DNA of 64,000 bases from an uncultured Bacilli bacterium (lineage in GTDB: Bacteria; Bacillota_I; Bacilli_A; RF39; UBA660): contig CANRPF010000004.1 of the NCBI GenBank assembly GCA_947632375.1, positions 1,019 through 65,018 of the forward strand. The letters are read 5' to 3'. Below are positions 30,279 to 40,777 of this stretch, in pieces (positions within the stretch are counted from its first letter, which is position 1; each line of letters opens with the position of its first letter). The notes beneath the pieces were generated by a model. The model was not told where the DNA came from. It was given only the letters and a program-made list of their open reading frames with translations, and searched no databases. Both the position numbers and the translations under genes were made by a program.

Positions 30279-31238
30279 TTAAAATGATTTAATTGTTATA
30301 GGTAAAGTAATATCTGGCTCTCCATCTCTAGTATAAGTTAAAGTAAATGTACCACTTTTACCAGAAACTATATTTAAGGACGCGGTTTGTGGGTCTTGCG
30401 CGCTTATGGTTGCCTTTCGTGAATCAACGGACCAGGTACCGCCGCCCGCATTTTTTATTGTATATATACAATCCATATCAAAGACTCTAACTTCTTTAGG
30501 ACCTTCAATATAGATACTATCTTTATCAATCTCAGGTTCTGGTTGTGGTTTAGCTTGCATATCTTTTTCTATTGTATTATTATACCATTCGCCTAAATTG
30601 ATTTCAATAACACCATCACCATGATATGGGTCTACTGTTTTAACTTCCCACATATTGCCATCAATTTCAACCTTTTGAAATCTATGAAAAAAGGCTAATG
30701 TTTCTTCATTTTTCGTAACATATATAATCAATGAGTAGTTAATATCATTCCACTCATCACCCTTTTTCTGATTCCATTGAATCGTAGTTTCGACAGGACC
30801 CCTGATATAAATTTTATATTTTTTACCATTTATATCAACTTCAGATTCACATTTACGTATATCAGCTCTGAAATAAGCAGTTTCTTCTGGATATCTTAGA
30901 TAGACTATCCAAAAAGAGTTATCCTCCACCCATTCAAAAACATCTCCTGGCTTTATTCCAGTTTCTTCTTCTCCCTCAGTTGTTTTACCAACTTTAGGTT
31001 TATTTAAACATATATCTCTATATGGAATAGAAAGTATTTTATTATCATAATCAGGTTTTAAATTATCAGGATTTATTAAACATCTAAACTCTCGACCATC
31101 TGCTAAACGAGCGGTCTCTGCTTGATAAGAGTATAAGAGTGCCTTCTTAAGCGCTCTAAGTTTATCTTCTTTCATCCTTTGACCTTGATTCCCGCCCTGA
31201 TAATTTAATCTACTTTTTAGATTTTCTAAGCTAGACAT
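30279..31238 (-). CDS. Putative head closure protein with Ig-like C-terminus
   Basis: IKPGDVFEW...WIV motif; synteny. Confidence 0.5.
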   Translation of the reverse strand: MSSLENLKSRLNYQGGNQGQRMKEDKLRALKKALLYSYQAETARLADGREFRCLINPDNLKPDYDNKILSIPYRDICLNKPKVGKTTEGEEETGIKPGDVFEWVEDNSFWIVYLRYPEETAYFRADIRKCESEVDINGKKYKIYIRGPVETTIQWNQKKGDEWNDINYSLIIYVTKNEETLAFFHRFQKVEIDGNMWEVKTVDPYHGDGVIEINLGEWYNNTIEKDMQAKPQPEPEIDKDSIYIEGPKEVRVFDMDCIYTIKNAGGGTWSVDSRKATISAQDPQTASLNIVSGKSGTFTLTYTRDGEPDITLPITIKSF

Positions 31239-31239
31239 A

Positions 31240-31569
31240 TTATACCTCCTTCAGAGGCATAATAGCCTTCTTTAAATTATCTATTAAACCCAAGCATTCA
31301 AAAATTGTTCTTCTAAACATCATAAAATCATCTGGACCAGTAAGAGTAAATAATCCTTCAAGTTTACATAATAAACTAAATAATGTTTCATGTTCATTTA
31401 TTAAGAGACTATCCATACCTGCAAATTCTTCTATAATTGTGCCCAATGGCTTCTCCCAATCAACATTTTCTTCGCGGTTGGGCAAAAGTTTATAAGTTTG
31501 ATTCGTTAACCGCTTCAAATTAGCTTGAATAGCACTATTATCAATATCAGCATTATATTTAATTATCAT
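31240..31569 (-). CDS. Hypothetical head-completion-region protein
   Basis: ORF coupled to neighbours. Confidence 0.55.
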   Translation of the reverse strand: MIIKYNADIDNSAIQANLKRLTNQTYKLLPNREENVDWEKPLGTIIEEFAGMDSLLINEHETLFSLLCKLEGLFTLTGPDDFMMFRRTIFECLGLIDNLKKAIMPLKEV

Positions 31570-32126
31570 AAAATCACCTCATCTGGAGGTTCTATGATAA
31601 TGCCCATAGTGGAACGCATAATACCATCTTTATCAGGTTTTCTTCTCTTGTATAATCTCTGTAAATGAAAACCTTCACGCTCATAATCTTTCTTCAACGT
31701 TAAAATCTTTTGCATATGATTAGCTTGTGATGTAAACTTAAAGTCAGTTCCACTGTATTTCATTCTAGTATTTTCAATACTAGCTAATTGTTGGCTTAGC
31801 CATTCAACAATCATATATACTGCAAGTATATTAACCTCTTCTAAATTAAAAGCACTATTAAAATGTCCATCTGAATAAATGCGTGCTTGTACTTGATGAT
31901 AATTACTCTCGACTCCACAATAAGTTACAATATCTTCACAATCATTACCTAATTCATAGTCAAAAATATCAACTCGTGGAAATTCAAACTTAGGAATAGC
32001 AGCAATTAAAAGGTCTTGCAAATGTGCAAAAGTTTCCAATTCAGTCCATTCCATATACATATCATCAGTAATTTTAGTTAAAAAACAATCATAAATTCTT
32101 GAGAAAGGTGTAGTTTGATTAGCCAT
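31566..32126 (-). CDS. Putative head-tail adaptor
   Basis: TPFSRIYDCFLTKITD...DFKFTSQANH; synteny. Confidence 0.55.
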   Translation of the reverse strand: MANQTTPFSRIYDCFLTKITDDMYMEWTELETFAHLQDLLIAAIPKFEFPRVDIFDYELGNDCEDIVTYCGVESNYHQVQARIYSDGHFNSAFNLEEVNILAVYMIVEWLSQQLASIENTRMKYSGTDFKFTSQANHMQKILTLKKDYEREGFHLQRLYKRRKPDKDGIMRSTMGIIIEPPDEVIL

Positions 32127-32144
32127 ATTACACCTCCAATTAAA

Positions 32145-32738
32145 TTACTCTTTAATTGTAGTTACTTTATATTTTGGAGTTGTTCTACGTTGCGGGACTT
32201 CGCTTTCTGAGTTAACAGCTGGAATCGCTGCTCTTCTGCCCTCGGTTTTTGTCTTATCACCAGTGCCCGCATCATCAGTTTCTCCATCATATTTAGTATT
32301 TTTTACTTTAATAACACTAGCAACATCAAAACCAGTCTTATCTAATAATGCCTGTCTCTTGCTTACATCATTAAGAGGTAGGTCAACAGATATTTTCTTG
32401 ACTATATCAATAGTTCCTTCTGGAGCAAAATCTAAACAATCAAGAAATTCATCTAATGTTCCAGTTTCTAACAACTTCTTAATATCTTCTTCTGTATAAT
32501 AATATTCAGGTTGTACTTCTAGTCCTAATTCTTTTAATGCTTCTTCATTTCTAATTACTAGATAATTTTGCAAAATAGGCATGCCGCCTGGAATGAAAGA
32601 AAGAGCTTCAAGTTCTTCAAAAGAAATGTCTTTTGTTTCTTTTGCTGAGAATTGACGGTCTACTCTTAACTCAGGAATATAATAACCAACTCTTCCTGTA
32701 CATCTATTTACAACCTTAATCATTGTATCCTTATTCAT
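32145..32738 (-). CDS. Hypothetical protein after capsid gene
   Basis: ORF with RBS. Confidence 0.6.
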   Translation of the reverse strand: MNKDTMIKVVNRCTGRVGYYIPELRVDRQFSAKETKDISFEELEALSFIPGGMPILQNYLVIRNEEALKELGLEVQPEYYYTEEDIKKLLETGTLDEFLDCLDFAPEGTIDIVKKISVDLPLNDVSKRQALLDKTGFDVASVIKVKNTKYDGETDDAGTGDKTKTEGRRAAIPAVNSESEVPQRRTTPKYKVTTIKE

Positions 32739-32759
32739 TTTTTCTCCTTTTATCTCTTA

Positions 32760-32810
32760 AAAAAAATTGGGAGAATAAAAATAATATCTCTATTAAATTT
32801 TATTCTCCCT
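32760..32810 (-). terminator. Terminator after major capsid gene
   Basis: GGGAGAATAAAA/TTTTATTCTCCC stem + T-run. Confidence 0.65.
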
Positions 32811-32821
32811 ATATCTCAAAA

Positions 32822-33859
32822 TTACATATTCTTACTCAAAGAGGTATTCTCATAAATGCAGATACCTGGATGCATTAAGTAAGTAGCAACTCCAACTTTC
32901 TGATAAGTCTGGATTTCATTTGACCAGTCTCTGTTGTCAAAAGATTTTACCTGAGCGGTTCCTTCAAAAGCAACCTTAACTGGCTTTTCAGTTCCTGTAG
33001 GAAGAATGTAAGCATATCTTGGGTCAATTACCTTTGTAGCATTTGTTTCATCTTCAAAAGATTGAGGAAGAATAATTACTCTGTGACCCTTATAATTTGC
33101 AAAATAACCATTATTCCAAATTTCTTCCTTCATAGTATTAGAAGCCCAAGAAGCATCTGATGGTAACATTGTAGCAGCAAATTCAAATGTGCAATAAATA
33201 GTAGCTCTACCATATGCATCGGCTACTGATAACAATTTATCCATCTCTGTCTCTTTGAAAGAAGATTGGTGAGTTACATTATGAGCGCCAACTGCGTTAA
33301 TCATAGACTCAAGAGCCTTAGCGATTTCACGATAAATAGCCTCATCCATACCCTCAAGCACTAAACTATAATAATCATTCATAGTGATTCTACCATCAAG
33401 TAGCTCTTCCCATTCTACTCTAGCAGCTCCACCGATTGCGCTTGTTGGAACTTCCAATGTATAACCATCTAGCTTGAAGGTTTCATAACGACCAGCCAAA
33501 CCAACTTTGGTTACAAACTGTTTTGCTCTCTTCTTAGATGCTTCACTAATTCTTACTCTAAATACAGGTGTTACACCTTGTGCATAAGTCTGAATGTCAG
33601 CGAAGTCACCATAACGCTGTAAAACTTTAACAGGTAATACTTCTGTTAATCCAACTTCCATCAAGGTAAAGATTAAATTCTGATTATCGCGGAAGCTCTG
33701 TGTATCTTTACCCAATTCATTTAATTCCTTAATAAATGTAGCTTCCAATGCAGATGCTGATAACTTCTGGTCTCCAACTGTAAATGTCATAGAAGGATTT
33801 AAAGAAGCCTTAGCACTAGCTCTTGCCAATTCAATTAAACTATTCTTATCTAATGCCAT
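32822..33859 (-). CDS. Major capsid protein
   Basis: 345 aa, downstream of scaffold and decoration genes, followed by terminator. Confidence 0.8.
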   Translation of the reverse strand: MALDKNSLIELARASAKASLNPSMTFTVGDQKLSASALEATFIKELNELGKDTQSFRDNQNLIFTLMEVGLTEVLPVKVLQRYGDFADIQTYAQGVTPVFRVRISEASKKRAKQFVTKVGLAGRYETFKLDGYTLEVPTSAIGGAARVEWEELLDGRITMNDYYSLVLEGMDEAIYREIAKALESMINAVGAHNVTHQSSFKETEMDKLLSVADAYGRATIYCTFEFAATMLPSDASWASNTMKEEIWNNGYFANYKGHRVIILPQSFEDETNATKVIDPRYAYILPTGTEKPVKVAFEGTAQVKSFDNRDWSNEIQTYQKVGVATYLMHPGICIYENTSLSKNM

Positions 33860-33876
33860 AGTATTTTCCTCCTATA

Positions 33877-34467
33877 TTATTTAATTCTCATAATCTTTAG
33901 ACCTTGCTGGCCATCAGGCATTGTGTATCTCTTAGCAACCTGGAATACAGGAGAGTTACTCTTCTCTTCTTCAGCATGATTCTCATACTTTTTAAGATAC
34001 CCAGTTTTTTCATCTACACACAAATATTCAACAGTATCATAATCAACATCAGATGTTACTTTAGCGTCAGCGCCGCCTTCATTTTTACCAAAGCAGTTAG
34101 TTGTATAAATATCGCCAAGCAATACTGAAATTAATCTAGGATACATAGCACCCTTAGCACCACTCAAATCATTCTTTTTCATATCAAAGCGGCCAGGAAT
34201 GTACTTATCTCTAATCATAGCGAAATCTTTATGAGACTGTTTTCTTTCATCATAAAGTTTTTCTTCGTTATAAATTAACATCCATTCACCTTTACCAGTA
34301 AGGTTTACCTCACCTGTTGCATAATCATATTTAGCAAATCTACCATTTTCAATAACATCGCCCATAGCATCGGCAGTAGGTAGCTGTGCTAAAATCTGAC
34401 CAGTAACAATACCAGAAAGATGATTAGGCTCAACTTGGCCAAAACCAATTCTTGTAATATTAGCCAT
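33877..34467 (-). CDS. Capsid decoration/cement protein
   Basis: GFGQVEPNHL...ENG...GDIYTTN...TMPDGQ; between scaffold and MCP. Confidence 0.6.
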   Translation of the reverse strand: MANITRIGFGQVEPNHLSGIVTGQILAQLPTADAMGDVIENGRFAKYDYATGEVNLTGKGEWMLIYNEEKLYDERKQSHKDFAMIRDKYIPGRFDMKKNDLSGAKGAMYPRLISVLLGDIYTTNCFGKNEGGADAKVTSDVDYDTVEYLCVDEKTGYLKKYENHAEEEKSNSPVFQVAKRYTMPDGQQGLKIMRIK

Positions 34468-34493
34468 GTTTCTATCCTCCTATTTATAATCAA

Positions 34494-35867
34494 TTAAGCA
34501 TTTATTTGTTGTTCTGTTTCACGTACAGCCTTAACCCAATCAGGTAAATTAGCAGGACTGTCACTAGAAATACTGTACGTAATCACACCAGGTTTATCAG
34601 AAGAATCACTATCTTTTTCCTTATCATTTTCTTTGTCTTTCTTCTGATTTTCTAGTTCAAGTTGTTTGTTTGTATAGATAACAGAAAGTTTTGATTGAAT
34701 TTCATCTAAACTATATTTAGATTTATTATCAATTACATCCTTCTTGTCTTCTGCTGACAACATAAAGAATCTTTCAATCATCTTATCTTTCTTCTCATTC
34801 TCAATTTGATTTTTAAACTCAACTAGAGATTGATAAGCGGTTTCCATTTCATTATACTTCTTAGATAACTCATTATACTGTGTTTCTAAAACTGTATATT
34901 TCTTTTTATCATCGTCATCATCATCTTGACAAGCATTCTTTGTAACTTTCTCTTTATCCTCTTTGTCTTTATCTTCTTCAGAAGATTCTTCAGTAGGCTT
35001 TTTCTCTTCTTCATCTTCTTTCTTTTCAAAAGAAGTCTCAGCACTACCTTCTTCTGTAGAAACATTATTTTCTGCGGTATTATTTTGTTCTAAATTGTCC
35101 TGAGTAGCAGAAAATTTTACTTCTTCTTGCTGCTCAGTAGTTACCTGAACATTAGTTTCTACCATCTTGGCTCCTCCTTCTAACGCAAATTTTAACTCTT
35201 GCATCATAGTATAAAGAGTTTGCGAAAAATTATTATCTATTGTAAAATTCTTACTGACTTCTGGAGCAGTAACAGTTGAACCTTCAAAGCATGGCTCAAC
35301 ATCTTTTCCTAAAATACATAACTTTGAAAATATCGCGTCATGTATAATAAAAAATTCTATATTTTTATTATAATCTTCTGCCCAATGACCTTCACAAGTA
35401 TCATCATCTAACTCCATTGAGTGTGGACGACCTTCATCAATAACCCGTTGACATTCTTCAAATTGTCCAGTCCATAAATAGCCAGTAGTCATTAAGTATT
35501 CACGCTCAGTAGTATTTCCAAATTCATCAGTTTCTTCAAATTTTTGAAACCATACTTTGGCATCTGGAGAAACAAAACCATATGGCTTAGTTAAACAATT
35601 AAATTGAATACCATCACCATCCCAGACCATCTGGTCTCCGTGGTCTCTGAAATCGCCTTTTTCCTCGTTATAGTATCCCACAATCGGGGCTCCGCGCAAG
35701 GTTTTAGCCATTTCAGTAGCCACTTCTTTATCAATATAACTTCTATTTCTGTTTTGTCCCAGATAAAATACTTTAATTTCACAAGCTGACATTAAAGGAT
35801 TTATGTCCAAAGGTTGTAAATTGATAAATTCTGGATTACTAATTGAAGCAAAAGAAACTTTACTCAT
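34494..35867 (-). CDS. Prohead protease/scaffold fusion
   Basis: N-terminal NRNRS, H, SME, LCILG..VEPCFEGS; acidic coiled-coil C-terminus. Confidence 0.75.
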   Translation of the reverse strand: MSKVSFASISNPEFINLQPLDINPLMSACEIKVFYLGQNRNRSYIDKEVATEMAKTLRGAPIVGYYNEEKGDFRDHGDQMVWDGDGIQFNCLTKPYGFVSPDAKVWFQKFEETDEFGNTTEREYLMTTGYLWTGQFEECQRVIDEGRPHSMELDDDTCEGHWAEDYNKNIEFFIIHDAIFSKLCILGKDVEPCFEGSTVTAPEVSKNFTIDNNFSQTLYTMMQELKFALEGGAKMVETNVQVTTEQQEEVKFSATQDNLEQNNTAENNVSTEEGSAETSFEKKEDEEEKKPTEESSEEDKDKEDKEKVTKNACQDDDDDDKKKYTVLETQYNELSKKYNEMETAYQSLVEFKNQIENEKKDKMIERFFMLSAEDKKDVIDNKSKYSLDEIQSKLSVIYTNKQLELENQKKDKENDKEKDSDSSDKPGVITYSISSDSPANLPDWVKAVRETEQQINA

Positions 35868-35882
35868 ACTATTTGCCTCCTA

Positions 35883-37469
35883 TTAGTTCATTGATTCTCT
35901 ATTTTGAATAGTCTTTTCTGACTTTTCATCATCTGGCTTTTCATTTCTTCCTACTTCTCCATTTCCCTCTGTATTACTTCCATTTCTACTTTTATTTAAA
36001 GCATCAACATTCATAGTGCTAGACATCAATGGAGGAATAAAGATATTAACTAAATCTAATATCTCATTTTCAAAGTAAGCATTAGCCAAGATTGAACTTT
36101 GACTTTGACCAAGAGCAATTTGAGGTAACATTTTAGAATAGCCTAGTTGTGTTTGTTCTTTATACAACTTAGCCATATCCTTATAATTGTAAATAGTAGT
36201 TGTTAAAATTTGTACCTTAAAATATACCTTTTTAGGAGTTTTATTAAAAGGTTTTATTATATCATTTAAAAATGCTTCAAATTGCACCAGTAAATTATAC
36301 ATAGATGCTTCATCGTTTAATATAGATTTCTCAAGAGCAATATTACCATCTGTATTAAACTGCATTTGAGATACACCAGCTTCATTATATACGCCACGTT
36401 CAACTTTTGCTAATTCATCGCTACTATTTGTATTACTATTATCAGACATATCTGCAACATCTACGTCAGCAAAAGTAGTCAATACTTCTAGACCTAATGC
36501 ATCTCCAAGCATGCGAACCGCGTTATTATGCAGTTGTTGAGCTTCATCTACATCAAATACTAAATCCCCATTCTTATCTATTGGCATTTTTTGAATAACT
36601 AAACGTAATAATTTTTGTGCCATTCTTTTCTTATCTAAACCCTTAGCATCATCTAAATCAATAATTGCTGGAATGACAGAAATAAAAGCAGGAAAATCTT
36701 CATCATTGATATTAAATTTAATAACACATGTTGGGTCTAAGCAATACCAACCACTTGTATCTCCAGCATAATCTGGTGGTAATTTTCCTTCTTTATATAA
36801 AATATAACCACGTTTAAATTCTTTAGGAAATAGTTCTAATATACGCATTTTTTGAATAGAATCAGTAAATAAATCATCAAAATAACGCATATTAAATTCT
36901 ACTACAGGATGTCCATCAACAAAAAACCTAGTTCTACAATATTTTGGCGGAAGCTCTTGAATATATGCCGTATTATCTTTTTGAATTATATAACCATAAT
37001 AACATCCATATCTAATTACTTTAAGAGCAACTTCACCCAAAAAACGCTTTACTTGGAAATTATCTAAAAATAATAATACTTTATTGAAATCATCAACAAT
37101 TTTTTCTTTCTTAATGCTATTTGAATTTTGGTTAATGTATGGCGTAACCATCCAATCATATCTATATAAGTAAGCCATATAGCGACAAAGACGAGAATAA
37201 ATACCACTTGTTTTATAAAAGAAATCAGAAATTTCTCTCATATCATCATAATTACCATTATTGATAGCTCGCATTATAAATTCTTTATCGCCCAAACGTG
37301 GATTGACTTTCTTATATACATTCAAATCATAAATAGCATCTTTTAAAATTTTTGAATTAAGTTTTATCTTAGAAAAGTCAACTGGATTATAGCCAGCAGG
37401 TGAATATCTGTCATCAGTAGGTACCATATTAAAGCCTTTTTTCTTTATTTCTTGTATCCTATTAACCAC
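35883..37469 (-). CDS. Portal protein
   Basis: 528 aa between terminase and protease; PL.SS.T C-terminal motif. Confidence 0.8.
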   Translation of the reverse strand: MVNRIQEIKKKGFNMVPTDDRYSPAGYNPVDFSKIKLNSKILKDAIYDLNVYKKVNPRLGDKEFIMRAINNGNYDDMREISDFFYKTSGIYSRLCRYMAYLYRYDWMVTPYINQNSNSIKKEKIVDDFNKVLLFLDNFQVKRFLGEVALKVIRYGCYYGYIIQKDNTAYIQELPPKYCRTRFFVDGHPVVEFNMRYFDDLFTDSIQKMRILELFPKEFKRGYILYKEGKLPPDYAGDTSGWYCLDPTCVIKFNINDEDFPAFISVIPAIIDLDDAKGLDKKRMAQKLLRLVIQKMPIDKNGDLVFDVDEAQQLHNNAVRMLGDALGLEVLTTFADVDVADMSDNSNTNSSDELAKVERGVYNEAGVSQMQFNTDGNIALEKSILNDEASMYNLLVQFEAFLNDIIKPFNKTPKKVYFKVQILTTTIYNYKDMAKLYKEQTQLGYSKMLPQIALGQSQSSILANAYFENEILDLVNIFIPPLMSSTMNVDALNKSRNGSNTEGNGEVGRNEKPDDEKSEKTIQNRESMN

Positions 37470-37587
37470 AATTACACCTCGTTCTTTCTAACAATAGTAT
37501 ACCAAAAATTTTGAGTCTTGTCAATTTTTGCTATACTTATATATTTAATATATAAATAAAAGGCGCGGAGACCAAGATTAGTGGCGC

Positions 37588-37944
37588 TTAGTACCCCGCC
37601 GCCCGCATTATATAATCATAGTCTACTCGACCCTCATCCCAATATGGTATAGCAACAAGCGTAATATCATGTTTTGCACAATATTCTCTTTTTTGCATAT
37701 CATTAAACTGTTGTTTTCTTAATCCAGATAATCCGCCAAATTTACTCTTAGCTTCATAATGTTGTATACCTTGGAATTCTATTAAAAAGTCTAAGTCTCT
37801 ATTGTCATCAAAGACAGCAAAGTCAAATCTCAAGGGTCTACCATTTGTGCTGACCAAATCTGGAAAACTATATTCTTCTTCAAAAATCAATCCAGCTTGT
37901 TGTAAAATTTCTTCTATTTTAATTTCTCCTCGGCTAGCACGCAT
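37588..37944 (-). CDS. PD-(D/E)XK, Vsr/DUF559-like endonuclease
   Basis: SRGE..I, LRFDF, IEFQGIQHY, D..KREYC, IPYW. Confidence 0.75.
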   Translation of the reverse strand: MRASRGEIKIEEILQQAGLIFEEEYSFPDLVSTNGRPLRFDFAVFDDNRDLDFLIEFQGIQHYEAKSKFGGLSGLRKQQFNDMQKREYCAKHDITLVAIPYWDEGRVDYDYIMRAAGY

Positions 37945-38000
37945 TATTGTATCCTCCTTAAACTTCTATTGTAATATAAAAAATATTTCTAGCCATTTAA

Positions 38001-39155
38001 TTAACCATGACCAAAAAACATGAAATCTTTTATATCCCTCTTTTTACGTTTATTCTTTAAATCTTCATCTTTCTTCACATAATATAATCCATATTCAAAA
38101 GCAGAAAATTTATCCTTTTTAATACCTTTAGAAGATTGTTTTAAAATAATATTTACACCCTCATTTTCTTCTACAAGATTTAACATTTGTTCTCTTAATA
38201 TAGTAGTTAATGTATATGGTTTTAAATATTCAGCACGTTTTTCTGGGTCCATTGTTTGTCCCATCTTGGTTGATAATAATTTACCTTTCGCCGTAGTTTC
38301 ATCAATTAAGAATTTTATTTTGCCACTAGATAATTGAGTTTGAATATATGTATGTGCTTCTGTATTGATTGGAGCATTAGCTTTAATTAAATACATAGCA
38401 TTTTCTTCAACACCAATACCTTTAATTTTTTTATATGGCTCTGTTACATCTTCAGAAGTTCCACCTTCAACCCCAAAAGGCGGAAGTTCATCTCCAGTTT
38501 CTGGGTCTACCTGTGCCTTAATCATAAAGTCAATTAAACCAGCACCGAGACCATTAGCATCAATAGCACAGATTCTAGCTTTATATTTATAATATAATTT
38601 CTTAATGTTAATAGCTTGCATTTCAAAATCTTCTGCTTCATAAGTATATAAATTCACTAAAGATTTAATACTAGCTCCTTGAGGTTGAGGTGTAACTTTA
38701 ATAACACAAGCCTCTGTTGTACATTTGAAACGACCTACATCAACACCAATAACATAATATCCATTTTTGGATGTTCTTCCACTATATTCATGTTCTGCTT
38801 GTAAAAGAACTCTATATTTATCAAACTTTTCTGAATCAAAGAAAGCATTTTCAGCATCTCCAGACCATTCTGACTCATATTCACGAGCAAAAGAAGCATC
38901 ATTATAAGTACCATCAAGCTTTAATTCCTCAATGAAACTGCGCTGTAATAACTTTTCCATTACTGGAACACGCCAAGTCCCGCCTAATACAATCGCTTCT
39001 TCTGGTTCAATAATTTGCTGAATTAAGGTCTGAATCAACTTTTCGTATGCGAACGTACTCTTCCAACCTGCGGTAGTAACAAAAATCTGACTTTTATTTA
39101 CTAATTCTTCTTCATGGCGGGAACCATCTGGAAGGCGCCTGTTAACGTTCATTGT
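38001..39155 (-). CDS. terL: Terminase large subunit, exon 2 (C-terminal ATPase part + RNase H-like nuclease)
   Basis: TTAG coupling motif, FAREYESEW, GVDVGR, IDANGLG, KDKFSA. Confidence 0.88.
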   Translation of the reverse strand, partial: TMNVNRRLPDGSRHEEELVNKSQIFVTTAGWKSTFAYEKLIQTLIQQIIEPEEAIVLGGTWRVPVMEKLLQRSFIEELKLDGTYNDASFAREYESEWSGDAENAFFDSEKFDKYRVLLQAEHEYSGRTSKNGYYVIGVDVGRFKCTTEACVIKVTPQPQGASIKSLVNLYTYEAEDFEMQAINIKKLYYKYKARICAIDANGLGAGLIDFMIKAQVDPETGDELPPFGVEGGTSEDVTEPYKKIKGIGVEENAMYLIKANAPINTEAHTYIQTQLSSGKIKFLIDETTAKGKLLSTKMGQTMDPEKRAEYLKPYTLTTILREQMLNLVEENEGVNIILKQSSKGIKKDKFSAFEYGLYYVKKDEDLKNKRKKRDIKDFMFFGHG

Positions 39156-40180
39156 CAAAAGGATATTTATTCAATATCCTCTTGGACTATCTCTTCAACT
39201 AACTTCCATTTATAACCTTTATGTCTAATATTTGTGCCACTACAAACTCTACTTATTGCTGAAGATGTTCCATGAACTGCCTCAGCAGCAGCTTTAAAAC
39301 TTGGATAAATATTTAATATATTACCATCTTCATCACATTGAGCAACTCTTTTTCCAGTTATAAATAATTTTTGAACTTTTATCACATCTTGTATATCATC
39401 AGCATATCTCCATTGGTAATCATTAGCAGTTTGTCTTTTTCTTTGACAACACATTGTAATCTTACTTTGCGACCCGCCAGTTTGTCGAGCAGCTTCAGTA
39501 GCACTTTCGAATGTCATCATTTTTTCTCCATCTAAATTATATTGAATAACAGCTTTTTTTCTTCCATTATTCATTAATCCAGTTTTTACCGCATGTTGAG
39601 TGTTTTCAGAAGGAGTAACCCATTCAAGATTTTCAACATTATTGTCATCACGTTTACCATTAATATGATTAACATAAGGCTTATTATCTGGATTATCTAT
39701 ATATGTTTCTGCTACTAATCGGTGAACACGCATTCTTTTTTGGTGTCCCTCAATTAATAATGTTACAAACTTATAATCTTGCTGAATTGATTGCGATAAT
39801 ATATAGTTATTAGTATCTTTTCTTACCTCTCCGCAATCTGATATACTATAATCTGTTTCTTTACCATTAAAAATATATTTCTTCCACATCTAAAGCATCC
39901 TCCTTGTTTATCGGACTTATCCCATCTATGAATACTTCATTTTCGGAATAAATATATTTATTAACTTTGTCCAAAGTGTTAGTTGCGGCGCGCTTGGAGT
40001 TGCGATAAACTCAACCCTACTTGGCTACACTCATCACCAATAGTCTCTACACCTTCCTATAAACATAGGCTTGGCACGGTATTTTTGACTGTCCACCGTT
40101 AGCCGCATTTATGCGACACCCTTTTATCATAGGTTCACGCCGTTTTCACTAACAGCTCACGCTGCTAGGCCCCAGAATCT
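39156..40180 (-). mobile_element. Group I intron (1025 nt) in terL
   Basis: Exon ends ...CCU with P1 CCCU/AG-AUU-CUGGGG U.G pair; AUACCGUGCCAAG, GUAGAGACUA and GAAGAGAUAGUCC core elements; terminal G; splicing restores frame EVIIP|TMNVNRR. Confidence 0.9.
39167..39889 (-). CDS. Intron-encoded HNH homing endonuclease (NUMOD4/HNH/NUMOD1-type)
   Basis: VHRLVA, VNHINGKRDDNNVENLEW..EN..HA, two F.S...AA repeats. Confidence 0.9.
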   Translation of the reverse strand: MWKKYIFNGKETDYSISDCGEVRKDTNNYILSQSIQQDYKFVTLLIEGHQKRMRVHRLVAETYIDNPDNKPYVNHINGKRDDNNVENLEWVTPSENTQHAVKTGLMNNGRKKAVIQYNLDGEKMMTFESATEAARQTGGSQSKITMCCQRKRQTANDYQWRYADDIQDVIKVQKLFITGKRVAQCDEDGNILNIYPSFKAAAEAVHGTSSAISRVCSGTNIRHKGYKWKLVEEIVQEDIE

Positions 40181-40777
40181 AGGGATTATTACTTCATTCA
40201 ACATTGTCTGGTCAACTAGAATACATTCCTCTACGAGTCCACCTGTAGCACGCTTACCACGAGAAGACTGTCTTGCTGCCATAATATCAAGTACACTTCC
40301 ACTCTTAAAAATATACTCAACGTTATCCTTAGAAGATTTAGACTTACCTCTTTCCCAGTTAATTTCATTCTTTAAACCTGGGATAAGTTTACACAATTCT
40401 TCTACCTTTTCTCTTGCGATTCCCGCGGCCTGCTCTTTTCCTCCTGTTGTTACGAATAAGTGACTGCCAGGATATAAGATACAACGAATCATTAAAATAA
40501 GCACAGATAAGAAAGATTTTGAATAAGCACGCGGAAATGTAGCATACGCGTATCTATGACGCATGACCGCGCGTAGAAAAACCCTTTGATAAAAATATAA
40601 TTGAAAGTTTTCTGGATTATCGCCACATAAAAACTCTACAAACATATCTGGATACTCACGCCAATAGGCGATATACTGCCTGAGAACAGGAATAATCGCC
40701 TTTAATCTTTCTTCTGATATGCCTACTTTTTGCATATTTTTATTTTCTGATAACTCTAATAATTTAGCTAATGCCAT
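40181..40777 (-). CDS. terL: Terminase large subunit, exon 1 (start MALAKLL)
   Basis: LYFYQ, FPRAYSKS Walker-A-like, SRGKRA, GLVEE Walker-B-like. Confidence 0.85.
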
